Assembly: GCA_002633005.1 (NCBI GenBank)
Contig: NMRA01000254.1
Location: 305,021-369,020 of the forward strand
Source of the DNA: Phoronis australis
Taxonomy: Eukaryota; Animalia; Phoronida
DNA length: 64,000 bases
Reading direction: 5' to 3'
Shown one piece after another: positions 51,439 through 64,000 of the stretch. Below the pieces are notes generated by a model. The model saw only the letters and a program-made list of their open reading frames with translations, searched no databases and was not told the DNA's origin. The position numbers and the translations under genes are program-made. Numbering within the stretch: position 1 is the stretch's first letter; every line of letters begins with the position of its first letter.

Positions 51439-52029
51439 GTCGGTCTTTTCGTTTGTATTTTTCTGTTGAAATGTCAAAAATGTTTGTAAATCAGCAGAAG
51501 AGACATTTGCAACACTGCAAGGGGGTTGCGACGATTAGAGACATCTCCCAAGATTTGTTGATTTGTGAGACGAATAGCTAATTTCGTGGAATTACTAGTT
51601 GGTGCGTTAAACAAAGAAGCTGCATAGCAAATCCACGTAATTTTGATGAACTAGACTTTTTGCTCAATATCCAGTCAAGGATAAAAATGCCATACCACAA
51701 CTGCAGGATGTGAAATCGGTTGCCACCCGGTCACTACCCAGAAGAAATAAGTGACGTTTTGCGGCGCTGAATTTTATTCTTGATGGCGGCTACCGGGTGG
51801 TTAGAGTTAGGGAGGAAAGTGAACGTCAGCCATACTCTCTTCATCAGAGACACACCTGAGATTTCCCACACCGATCCGGCACCGAACTTGTCAGATAAAT
51901 TTGAATTGCCTGTTTTCTCTTGTTATACTGTGACAAGAAGGAATGAGCAAAGCTCACTAGATGAAACTGCAAATTCGTCAATGAAAATTCTTTTGTGTTT
52001 AACTGAATACATCTACGCATTTTCTTCAG

Positions 52030-52228
52030 AATGCGCTCAGACGGCCTTACGCACGAGGAAGCAGAGCCATGGAACGACGAACTGCCTGGACCTCCGATAG
52101 TGGCGCTGGTGGGAAACACGTGTCCAGGACTGCACAAAAGCAGACAGTCTCATAGACATAGCAAGCGAAAACGGTGGAGTAACGATCAAAATATAAATAA
52201 TACTGAGTTAATAATACAGTATCAATAA
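52030..52228 (+). CDS. Mosaic receptor terminal exon: cytoplasmic tail
   Basis: ttttcttcAG phase 2 matches the TM exon donor; MRSDGLTHEE...LIIQYQ*; AATAAA overlaps the stop. Confidence 0.72.
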
Positions 52229-52689
52229 AAAGTCCTACAGACCGAGCTGTTCATTCACATATGGCATATTGCAGACGATTTTAAAAGTTTCAGGTAATAA
52301 TTAAGGTTGAACTGAACACAGCACAGCACAACACAACGGCCATCATTTTGTTACGGAAATTTTTGGCTCTCGTACTATTTCAAAAGTTTCTCCCGTGTTT
52401 CACCAGTGTTTCACTTTATAGAGGCACAAAATTAGGTCCGAACAAATCAGGTGAAGCTAGACATTATCGCCAATTAGTCTCGTACTAAATTTGTCAGAGA
52501 CAAGAAATTATTTTCCAAATGCGACAAGTGTGCGCACAAAGCGGAGAATTACTGTACACGTCTACATTTCCTATTTCGTCTAGGGATTTTGTAATAAACC
52601 AGACGATATTTAAATGGAACAGAGCATCTGGAGGGAGAAACTATGGTACCCATACTCAACTGGACTCAACTTGCATGTAGACCCTTTAA

Positions 52690-54677
52690 AGGAGAATGCC
52701 ACCCGATTTAATTAGTGTTTTTACCGTATTAATCGCTCTATATCGACATCACCTCGTATATGGTCGATCTTTCCTCGCCGAAAGGTGTCGTTAACCTGTG
52801 AGGAAAACGACGCGGCGACGTCAGTGGTTCTACTGCAGAGTGAGTGCCGCTATGGTGTGGTGTATCGTTCCCGCTTGTGCGAACTATGAATCTGCGAGGA
52901 AAGCGTGTATATCTTTTTTTTTTTCGATTTCCTAGAGAACCCATAATGCTTCGAAAGTGACTCGCGCTAGTGAAGAATGAAAAGTACGCCGCTAATAGCA
53001 AGTATGAGGCCGTGAAACTTCTTAGTGTCTGTCCGCAGTAGCCTGCATTTCGTCGGATCGGTTGTTGATCAGTTTTTGATTATGGAGAATTGTGGTTGGC
53101 CATGAAAACATAAACAAGTACAATTAATTCAAGGCGTTAGAACATAGCGTTTTATGTAACCTGATAGATGACTTACTCGTTCGTCAGGCTTCTGTTAGGT
53201 CCTCTGATTGTATAATATTTTCGCCAGTTCTTTTCCGGTCAGCCCTAAACAATCATCTTAAGCACACCTCTGTTTAGATGCGGTGCAAAATTAGGATGGT
53301 CTGTGAAACACATCTACGTTTCTCCAAGAAGGCGTTTCACTTGCGGAATTCCGTGGCAGCAAACGCAAGCGTCAGTCGTTTCCATTATCGTGCAGTTAGC
53401 TCACTGACATCATGACAAGTCATTCAAACGGTTTTCGGAACTCTCCATATGTTCCGTTGTCTGTGCACATTCGGAGCCTCTCTATTATTTCTTGATCAGT
53501 GTATTCCGGTTCGAACTGCTAGCGATCGACCTGTGAAGTCATCGTCGGATGAGCACTCGCCAAAGGCGGGATTGCGAGTTGCCACGTTGACGTTTATTAT
53601 TGTGCGTTCTGTTTCAAAATGAATTATTTTCACCCTAACCAATTCTTCTATAAAATTGAAACAAAAGTATGTCTCATTAGATACAATTTGTAATGCCTTG
53701 GAGTGTTCGTGAGTGAAAATGTTTTCAGAAGCCAGCAATGAATAAATCACTGCGTTACCGGCTTTAGATAAAAAAAAAACTAATTGACCGGGCACCGACT
53801 GAGGCCGTGTGAGCGCATGCTAATCCAGTGTTTGCTGACAGAAAGCTGTTGTGAAACAATAACTCGATTTCATATCCTATAGTCAGATGTTATGGGAATC
53901 TTTATTTAGATATCCAAATAATTCATTATTCGAATCATTGTTATTGTATCACTTTTGCCCGGACGATTCTGTGGAAGGGTAACCTGACTTCTCGGCCCCC
54001 GACGAGCTAGTAAGTAGATTTGCAGTTTTGCGGCTAATTCATCAAAATAATCACGTGCACATGTTTTTCTTTGGCTCACTAGTATAGACTCTTTGTGACA
54101 GGATGTTTAGTTTCCAACTTTGTCTGGTTTGTGTTAGCGATGTCTTCAGTCTGGCCGCGATGGGCCTGATCGGGTTTCGAATCACTGGCCGGGATAGCAG
54201 GTGTTTTGTGTGTTTAGAACTGAAAAAATCGCCAGTCTAAAATTACAACACATAGTTATGTTCTCCTGTATGTATTTCATGGACGAATAATTTGAATTTA
54301 TCACCGAACAGACCCCAAACTCCAGCGACCGACATTGGCAAAGTGGTCTACCGAACTTTGTAGGTACGGTGCGTTCAAATACCTATAAATCGGTAACAGT
54401 GAAATGAAACAACACGTTTGTTCAAAAAGTCGGTGTTTTTGTAAGGGTTTTACATCGAATTTTGATGATTTGTTGGTGTAAAACGATGAATTCAAGCGAT
54501 AAGCTGACACCAGCACTGCTGAACAGACTGCATTCTAACCTCTGACGTCATTGGTTATTTTCAACACCTCCGTCTGCCGTCGGGTGTCAGGTAAAAGAGC
54601 TGTACTCGGTGTTATCAAGTGGAACTACTCGATCTAAATTGATACAAACTAGGTTTTTTTTTGGATGGCATTCTCCT
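52690..54677 (+). mobile_element. Non-autonomous Kolobok family 2
   Basis: TTAA TSD, TIR AGGAGAATGCCA; decayed THAP on + from ~52852 (MVWCIVPACAN...RFPRE...LHF); KolX on - (FEPEYT...CTIMETTDACVCC, ~53345-53515). Confidence 0.85.
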
Positions 54678-56664
54678 TTAATAAAAAGGTACCCTTTCTT
54701 AGATTCTGTTCCGTAGAATAACTACATGCATTTCGCCGGAATGCCCTAATTTCTACACAAATGTGTACAGTTTTTTGCTTCCACATTAATTGTCCCCTGG
54801 GACACACAGTGACGTCTTCACTGCACAATTTTCCCCGGTTGCAAAGTGGGCCCGTGGAATTGATTGCCTGGAGGTATTGCAATGTAAACTTCGCAGCATT
54901 CTGTAGTATAGAACCGAGAATTGCTGTCTTTCTATGTCGGGTGGGGAATTAAGACCGATCACGGTATTAGTTTATGGGACCAAATATCGTTACTGGTTTT
55001 TTTTTCTCAATGGTACTTTTTTAATTTGCTTTCCGGACCGTACATTTTTAAACTAAAACCGTGTCGCAGCGCCTGGTCCGATAATCTCCTTTGATTACCG
55101 ATACTGATTAGGTTCGCGTAAGACCGCTGTAGTGGGTTGTTATTTCATGGCCATCTTCCCTGCGGAATACCACTGAAACCCCTATCAATAGATTTACTAC
55201 CAAAATGAACTTGTACAGGCTCAAGCATGCCATACCCCAAGCATCAGAGTGATGCTGATAGGTTTAGCCAGCAGCTCCATCTTGACGCTTGGGCACGAGG
55301 CTGCTGAATTAGGAGTAGCCTCCTTGAAAACGCACATTGTACATGTACAGCAGATCTACAACGTAATGAAACAAAATTCGACCTAACATTTTCATATTAC
55401 AACACCGCCTTTCATAAAATTGGCATGAATCGCCTGCACTTACAGGGCTAATTGATGGTTTACAAACTCTAATTAGCCGGTCACGGAAAGCTGGCGGTGG
55501 AGTGCTTTCCCACTGATATACTTACTTGTACCTGGATCCAATCTCTACAGTACAGTGTATGTTACCCTCAACGCGCATCTACTTCCTTGATACTCCACAC
55601 GGCGTAGTACTACATCACTACTCAGTTAAAAAATCTTTCTTTCCGCCAACAACTGTTTTGTTTATAGTTCCCCGACAGTTCTAGTTTCCAGCGAGCCATT
55701 TCTCTCGTTGGCTGCTCAGTCGCGACACATTTTGTATTGTTTTTTAGTAATAGCCATTCACAGGGGTCCTGCATTTTGAAAACCAATTTAATGCAAGTCA
55801 TTTTGTGTAGAAAACCGGTTCCCAAAATTGGGGTCCCTGTAAGTGACTATTATCAACTTTTCTGCATTTTGCACCTGCATTTGTTCTATACGCACTAAAA
55901 ATTTTATAAAATTTGAAAGGACAAAAACCTATTTTGTTCTGGTATGCATCACGACTAAGAAAAAAAAGAGAAAAAACACACGTGCACATGATTTTTCAAA
56001 AACCTCAAAATACATACAAGTTAGTTTTAATGAAGCTATATTTTGCCTCGTATAACTGGCTAAAACACAAAAATCGAATTAGGTCTGTTAGTCTCATAAT
56101 TTCGAACTCATATTCCTTACTGTGCTAGGACTCCATTTCCGTTACCAGCTGAAGGCATTGAGTACGTGCGCTATTTTGAATTTGCAATTTTAGGATTGAC
56201 TCGATGATGATTGCCATATAAAACCTTGGTGATAGCAGAAATGAATGACAGAAAAAGGCTTGACTCGATTTTCAATTTTTAGCCAGCTGAACAGGAAAAA
56301 TGCAGCTTTAACGTAATGGTTTGTCAACAACTGCTTTAGGAGGAGGGGCGGGGGGACGGTTGATCCAATTTGTCAAACAGACGTAAAGCAGTTTTACGAC
56401 GTTGGCTATTTTATAGAATGTTTCAAATAACAAATTACTTCAACCCAATTGAAAATTTGATTTTGCTTTTTGTTTGTGTTGCATGAGGTGTTAAATGATA
56501 CCAAGTGACATCAAATTTCTCAATGACGTCATACTAAAATATAGGAAAACCATACACCCATGTACACATTTGGTGACTAAACTTAAAACATAAACGGCAA
56601 ATTTGAATTTATTAATGAACAAACTTCTCGTCTCAGATTACACACGTCAATACGAGCATTTGAT

Positions 56665-56950
56665 TGTCGACCGTAATTACACTCGTAATTAGGGACGAGA
56701 CCTCGTGTATGCCTGTAATTACGCTCGTAATTAGGACCGAGACTTTGCTCGTGTTTTACGACCGAAATCTTTCGCCCGTAATTAACTGGTATTGACCACC
56801 GAGACTTCGCTCGTAATCAGTAAATCGAATTGGAAATTGATTTGAAGTTCATGTGACCGCTGAAGCAGGTGTACGCTTGTAATTTTACGGTTGTATTTTT
56901 CGCTCGTAATTTTACGATCGTAATTGTACGGTCGTAATTTTACGCTCGTA
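56665..56950. repeat. Array of short CGTAATT/TACG motifs
   Basis: Many copies of (t)cgtaatt(ac/ttacg); inverted echo at ~57468-57498. Confidence 0.65.
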
Positions 56951-57834
56951 TGTTTGCACAATTGTTATGAAGTTTTCTGAAGGTTCATTGATATTTTTCA
57001 CTTGCTGCCCTAATAATCAAGGGCATTTGAAATTGGTCTGTTTAAGTACATATTGAGGTGGCAAAATATATATCTAGCAGGTTGTCAGGCAATGGTTTTA
57101 CTATAGTTTTTGAAATTATCATGTTTTTTCAATATTTAGTTGAAGTTAGATTCTCTTACACATAGAAATGCGTGCAAATGACATATGGCATTGCAAAAAA
57201 CATAGATTAAAATTTTTTCGGGGGGGTAGATAATGTAGTATAATTTCTAAATGTTGGTGGCAAACCATTCATTTTTATTCAATACATTTCAATAACAAAC
57301 CATTTGCACCACAAAACAATATCAGTCGTGTATTAGTAAAACCGTTGGTGGCTGGCGTCTGGCTAAAATTATGATCGAAAAATACCAGCTTGAAATGATG
57401 AGGGACGTAACACTTCTTTAGAGCTCACGTGACCTACAAATCAATTTCTCATTGGATATAACGAACAGAGTCTCAGTCGTGATTACGAGCATAATTACAT
57501 TCCCCTCAAACTAAAAATGCAAAAAAAAAATTGTCTGCTGCGAAAAAATCGATGGCGGCTCAAATTAAGTTGTGTACTGAAGAGTTCAGCGCTAGGCTTA
57601 CGCAAGACCTTGCTCAGTTCGTACACGGCAATATCTCACGTATAATCTACCTAGAGAAGTTTTGCTTTTTAGCGAGCGTTACTGAGCTCTACTACTATGG
57701 ATGCCATCCGAGGTTTGTCCTCGGCACAAACGGAGGCCCCCCGCGGCCCCCATCCATTAATTTCGGGGCCTGGGGTACATCTAGGTATACCAGCATCACA
57801 TTGAATTGCGACGTGTGACCCTAACCCGGGTAAA

Positions 57835-58019
57835 CATGGACGGCGCACCATAGGAAGGTTGGGGGGCTATAGCCTCTCATATTTTTCAGTGCTGCGCCGC
57901 CCATGATACAAGCGGAGCACCACAGGGTGGCTGGGGGCCCTCACCAGTAACCATGGGCGGCGCACCATAGGGGGTTCGGGGGCTATAGCCCCCACTTTTT
58001 CAGTGCTGTGCCACCCATG
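57835..58019. mobile_element. Two adjacent ~70-bp MITE copies
   Basis: catgg.cggcgcaccatag...ggggctatagc...tttttcagtgctg.gcc.cccatg at ~57835-57905 and ~57952-58019, each with CATGGGCGGCGC-type TIRs. Confidence 0.7.
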
Positions 58020-61000
58020 CTTGGTAACTGATGAGAAACTGCAAAAAACCGCTGAATAATGTCGGAATGACAGATTTAGCAACTCACGAGTGAATATCGT
58101 GTATCCCGGTGGCGGCGTGGGGGTACTGCCTCCGTGAGACAGTCGTAATTTGTGCACACTCCTTCTAGCTCGACTCATGGCGGTGGCATTGGTGGACGAT
58201 ATGATATGCACATGAACAGGTATTTAAAATTATCCAAATCTTCACTCTAAGACGTTGGAAAACCATTATATAAGCGAGTGATTTTTTTAGTCAGACGCCG
58301 CGCCAGGAGCGACGGTTCGCCACAAGCCATGAGCGCTAGTGCCAGCCATTTAGTGAGACTCACCAGGCGGTCGAACCGGCGCTCCCGGCGCGGCGTCAAA
58401 TTGACCCCGCGCCCAGGCCTGTTGCAGGCCCGTAGGAAGGCAAAAATTATTGGGGGAGCACAAACCATTTCAGCCCATCGCTTCCACCGCCGCCAACCCC
58501 CCTCGCCCCCGCGTGCTCCCGATGCCACCATATTTGTACCGAATCTCCACGGTCCGCCTTAGGTGCCATCGGGGGCAACTAAAGCGGCGGTTTTAGGGGT
58601 CCCCATAAGGTCATGGCCCCCTACTTTCCCCAGATTCCCCTTTGGCAGTTCGGGGGTGCGAATTTCTGACGGGTAAAACCCTGGCTAATACTCTGCCCTG
58701 TCCCCCCAACTCAAAATCCTGGATCCGCCCCTGGGACAATCCCGGGAATGCAGCCATCAAGAGCTGAGTAACCATGGACCAACACGGAGAGTAAGAATGG
58801 GCCTAGGACCAGTGGGTAGCGAGGAGTTGCCTCAAGTAGCTATGTCTGAAATCCAACTTTGTGAAAATACGACATTCTCAATTAACTACATTGTAAATCT
58901 AGTTGCTGGTCAGCTCATCTGTGATTCACTTGAGACAGGCAACTCGTACTGGCCGTCTGCGCTCGCTCTAAGGTCAAGATTCGTTTTATTATGATCCAGT
59001 TTCGGGAAAACTTGAAGGAGTTTTTTTGAAAAGGTGAGTTCCCGTAGTCCCTGGTATAGTGCCTTTGGGGGTATTTCAAAATCCTTAGTTGAAACACGAC
59101 CGGTAGTTCAGTTTCTGGTGGCTGGGAAAAAGAATAGTGTGTTCCAAAAATGTACACATTTGGCTTCCTGAACGCCTTGAGTTCAAATTCAGTTCCCGTG
59201 GATCACTAAGATTCTACGCGAGCCTACTGCACATTTACATCTTATTTTTAACGTGGGTACGTCAGTCATGACGTACACGCGAATCCTGGCAAGCAATCAA
59301 TTCGGTTTTGAAGAACAATACTACTGGAAACTAAAAACACCAAGGAATTGCAAAGACAAGCTTACCAAGCAATGAGTTTAATTTTATTTATTTAGGATTT
59401 TTAAAACTTTTTTTCTATCTACGGTTTGTGAGTCTGCATGCTCGCAGGTTTTAACGGGTATCCGGCGAAATATGGGAGATGGGGCATTCGTATAAGGTGT
59501 ATTTTTGCTCATTTCAGAGGTACCTATAACGGTTCACGAAGTAAATTTGAACTCCCTAAAAAAAACGCTGAAATCTTTGTTTGTGATTGCGAGATTTCTT
59601 TGAGTGCCCCCTTTCGACACGGTCATCACAAATAGTAGCCTAGACAGCAGTGTTTTTCACATGTGGGAATTCCTTACAAACAACTCATAGTAACCATCTT
59701 CACAAGAGATAATATTCTTGTGATACTACGGGAAACGGTAATATTATTTTACACTACTAACCATCGGAAATAGTCTACCCTTTTGTGTAATTGAAAAATA
59801 GCTGTCTTCACGTTCTTCAAAATTCCACCCTTTCGATGGCGACAAGCTGCTGTATTTTATTCACATTTCTGGTTGTTTGTGTCGAATGGCTGTGATGTGC
59901 ACGAATGTTTTGTGATTTTTTTTGATGAATTTGGAATCTCAACTTCCTTCGTGAATTAAAATTCGGCAGTGCCGGATTTACATATATAAAGAGACAAAGG
60001 GACATTCACCCCGAACTGCACCACCGAAAGAGGACACCATCCGAAATGGGTCACCTTAAGATGAAAGGCTAAACATCATTAAGTTTGGAAAAAAGAGTGA
60101 CAGTTTATTTCACCGTCGTGTGGTCCCAAAACGATGCAGGAAGTGAACTCCTTCAAGATGAAAACTGGTTGCACGATTTCACAAAAACAGGAAAATAGAG
60201 GTAATCGATTCCAACATTGGGTGCTCTCTCCGTGAGAGGCCCTTTAAGAATTTGCCAATAAAATACAAAAAAATGTGGCCATTTGAATGTCATCAACTGC
60301 CTCCTTCAAGGGTGGGGCCCTTAAATATGAAAATATCTATGATTTTCACTCAGGAAATACCCGGCAGTTTGATGTTACCTGTCAGGTCATCAATTTTATC
60401 AAGTAAATATACAGTTTCGAGAAAAAAATAAATCGAAAGTTGTCTCCATTACTTGATCCGGCCCTTGCCAGAGAGGGACCTCTGGAAAAATATAGTTTTG
60501 CATACGCTACGCCATTACAGCGTTCGGTCGTTCAGTAACTTTTCCAGAGGTGAGGGGTGCTGAACGTGCGATAAGATATGTCTCTTTTGTTGACTACTCA
60601 GCTCAGTCTTTTGTCCCGTATGATAACAAGCAGGCCAATTATCTCCCAGGCTTCAATCGAATCGTATGGTGGTTGCACGCTATTATCGAACGCGTATGAA
60701 CATTGTCAAACCCAGTGCGTTGGAAATCCGTTTGATCAGAATAGATTGTCTTGTAGTTGGGCGATTTTAAAAAGCTGAACATGATCAGCATTTGACGAGG
60801 AATTCAGAAATGCTATTATTTATAACTTAACTTTGATTCTTATCAGCCCAGCCCAGTGAGGCTAGACGATCTGATCGGAGTTTGAATTAGAGCAATTATC
60901 GAACAAAAGAGTGCATGCCCTCCAACCATGAATGTCAGAATGGAGTTAATCAGTCGCCGGTTTAAGATATTGGCTACGAGGGTAAACTTCCCAACTTGTT

Positions 61001-62714
61001 GTTGGGCTATAGAATCGAACAAATTGGGAGCAACGGGATCGATGCCGTCGCCCGGCGTCCGATGTTTACAAAGTTCGAAATATATGTATGATTGATCGTG
61101 CACGTTTTCAAGTGCGTTTAGACGACATGTGGTGCAAAAGCGGAAATCCTATAACGGCAATGTCTTGGCCAGGGTCCTCAAAAAATAAACCATGCAGTGA
61201 TGCAGAGTTCTTAAATATGGTTCTTGAATGTGCTCAGTCAGTCCGCCACGAGATTTCGCAGTCTTTCTTTTCTCGACTGTCCCCGTCCCCGCCGTATGTC
61301 AGTTGCCACGGTTGAATCCTGACGCCTGAAAATTTTTGGGAGCTCGTGCCTGGACCCCCTACAGCATTGTCGGTGTTGGTATTGGCCATGCAGGGGTTCG
61401 AGACTTCAGTCATTGCATAGTGCCGAGGCACCACAGCACATTGTCATCAAACTCTTTTTTCACGAAAATCGTCGATGTCCTATGCCAGTAGAGTTCAATA
61501 ACGCTAGGACCGCGCTAAAAATCAAAATTGATATTGACGAGTGTTTTAAATAACTGCACCTGATTTTGGCTAGATTTTAGCGAGATCCTAACGTTACTGA
61601 ACTACGTTAGTATGCGGGAACAAGGTTGATAGTTCTGCTATTGCCTTAGTACAACTGAGCGTTCCCTGGGAAGTGAAAATTTTGGTGACATTTGTGCCGC
61701 AAGCACGACCTAATTGGTTGACCATTCTTCATTACCAGAGTTTCTTCAAGGCTAGGTACGATTTATCATTGATAAGTGTCGGTAAATTTTGCAGTGGTTG
61801 TTTATTTGTCNTGGGAGCTCGTGCCTGGCCCCCCTACAGCATTGTCGGTGTTGGTATTGGCCATGCAGGGGTTCGAGACTTCAGTCCCTGCATAGAGCCG
61901 AGGCACCACAGCACATTGTCATCAAATTCTTTTTTCACGAAAATCGTCGATGTCCTATGCCAGTAGAGTTCAATAACGCTAGGACCGCGCTAAAAATCAA
62001 AATTGATATTGACGTGTGTTTTAAATAACTGCACCTGATTTTGGCCAGATTTTAGCGAGATCCTAACGTTACTGAACTACGTTAGTATGCGGGAACAAGG
62101 TTGATAGTTCTGCTATTGCCTTAGTACAACTGAGCGTTCCCTGGGAAGTGAAAATTTTGGTGACATTTGTGCCGCAAGCACGACCTAATTGGTTGACCAT
62201 TCTTCATTACCAGAGTTTCTTCAAGGCTAGGTACGATTTATCATTGATAAGTGTCGGTAAATTTTGCAGTGGTTGTTTATTTGTCCCATAGATCATAAAC
62301 AACGAATTCGCGACTGTTACTTCGTGTGCTACTTCCGGTTAATGCATCGGGACGGAAATTCTGAGCAGCAAACTTTCGTACCTATTTTACTACTTAAAAG
62401 TACGAAAGAAAACGCCTTCGCTCAGTAGAATTCTATTTTTTGTTGTCGGCAAACCATTCTAATCATCGGCTCGCTTGTAGCAAATAAGAGGAATAGTCTA
62501 TAGCCAACTTGTCAGAGCAATCCAATATGGCCGACGAGGAGGGGCTTTTCGTACTGATTAAAATTAACAAGGCAGTTGAAAATACTCTTCAAATTAGTAA
62601 TTGCAGGTATTGGTGCTTAACTTGAGGTTCGTTTAATGAATACACATCCATGAAACATCTGATGTAGCAAGCTAGAGTTGTTTGCCACTGCGTCCTTGTG
62701 ACTCTGTGGCTTAA

Positions 62715-64000
62715 AGGCGAAGACAACCTTTTTTTCATGTCGCTTTTAGCAAAAATAAGGTCTGTTGATTATCCCAGAAATATTTTTCACTTAATTACAG
62801 CTTTTCGTAATTTAATTAATTTCTCGTCCTCTACTACGGAAGTGACGTTTTGGGAGGCAAGAATTTCGTGCCAATTTCTTTTCATACAGTCAGACTGTGA
62901 GAGCTGTCAAGTCAGTCATTGTTCTACGTCAGATGTGATAAGATCGGTCGTCGTTTGCTTTTGTTTACGAGGCAGTCAACATGTCACGCTGTTGCTGCGT
63001 ATCGGGATGACTCATTATCGTCTCACACGTGCTTTGGGTACCTTGCATCGCTTTCCAAAGGATGACACACTTCGCCTTACTTGGCTAGCTCGTTCGTGTG
63101 AAGAACGCAGTGCTACCCGCTCACGCAACATACAAAGCAGTGGCAAGCATTTTCAGCTGTCACGTTGCGACAGAGATATGTACGCTGAATGGGGCTATTC
63201 GGAAAATCTACCATAACTAGAGGACGTGCGTGTACTAGTGGTGATAGATTAGCAGCCTCGATTTCGCGAGCCCTTTAAATACATGGTGAAATGGCTTGCA
63301 GCCGTGCCAACTAAATCTGAGATTGCGTAAAAAGGGTGTTTCTATGAGAGGAAGTAAGCACGACCTCATACAAAGGTAAGGTTTGTGATTATTTTAACGA
63401 TTATTCCATGATTATTCTACCAATGCCTGTTAACTGAGGCGCTCGCCGATGTCGACTTCGCGGCAGTCAGTCGCCAGCCAGAGTCTGGTTAATCTTTGTA
63501 TGTTGTGATATGTGATACGATACTTGACGTAGCAATCGGGGTTTTTTCGTACATCAAAGCATTATTATTGTTTGGAATGATTTCTAAAAGTTTATCAGTG
63601 ACAGTTACATCAATCAATGCTGAGTATTTATGCTGTCAACTCGATACAGCTTAATGAGTTAAGATTACNGGCCCAGTTTGGCACCCAGTGAAAAGTACAG
63701 TTCGTCATCCAATGAACAGATAGCTGAGCCTAAGTTTATTGTGGACTTGTATTGGAACTATTTAGGAGGTGCCACATGTGTGACGAGGGAGTCGCACGGC
63801 AGGACTTTGTAAGCAGTTTGGGTGCTCAATTCACCATCCACTGAGTATGTCGCGGTACACTCGGGCAAGTGGGACAGTTCTTCCTCTGTACGTGAGACGA
63901 TAATGAGTACATCTCTGTAGGCAGCAACAGCGTGGCATGTTGACTGACTCGTAAACAAAAGCAAACGACGACCGAACTTATCACCACCGAGGTAGAACAA
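62715..64000 (+). mobile_element. Kolobok family 1, copy 5 (interrupted, runs off window)
   Basis: TTAA+AGGCGAAGACAAC start, THAP start at ~62981, internal part resumes after the n at 63669. Confidence 0.85.
63191..63668 (-). mobile_element. ISL2EU terminal fragment nested in Kolobok copy 5
   Basis: Reverse complement of ~25803-26279; preceded by AT. Confidence 0.9.

Noticed and set aside
61337-62285. ~474-bp near-perfect tandem duplication
   Set aside because: Single n at 61811 between copies; same assembly-overlap signature.

Overview
Animal (marine invertebrate-like, AT-rich, draft assembly with N gaps) genomic DNA, not prokaryotic. Two spliced protein-coding genes lie on the + strand. 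(1) The 3' three exons (TM3-TM7) of a group-4/tetraopsin-type opsin (6002-10593) with K296 and E181; its first exon(s) were not found and are probably upstream of the window. (2) A ~34-kb gene (~18498-52228), mostly invisible in the ORF track, whose exons splice in frame into a ~1275-aa type I membrane protein: signal peptide, F-type lectin, loop-deleted kringle-like domain, TSP1, six Ig domains (a two-domain unit triplicated), three EGF, TM and a short tail. All ectodomain introns are phase 1. The rest is a dense transposon landscape: an AcademX-type fossil, at least three Kolobok families (TTAA TSD, THAP plus KolX), a full-length decayed ISL2EU element, a Helentron-associated element carrying a Tx1/L1 3' end, a solo LTR with a CTCF-type motif, and several MITEs. 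Best candidates for novelty are the mosaic lectin-kringle-TSP1-Ig-EGF receptor and a 'two-headed' Kolobok derivative. All domain and family calls come from motif recognition by eye and need HMM or database confirmation.
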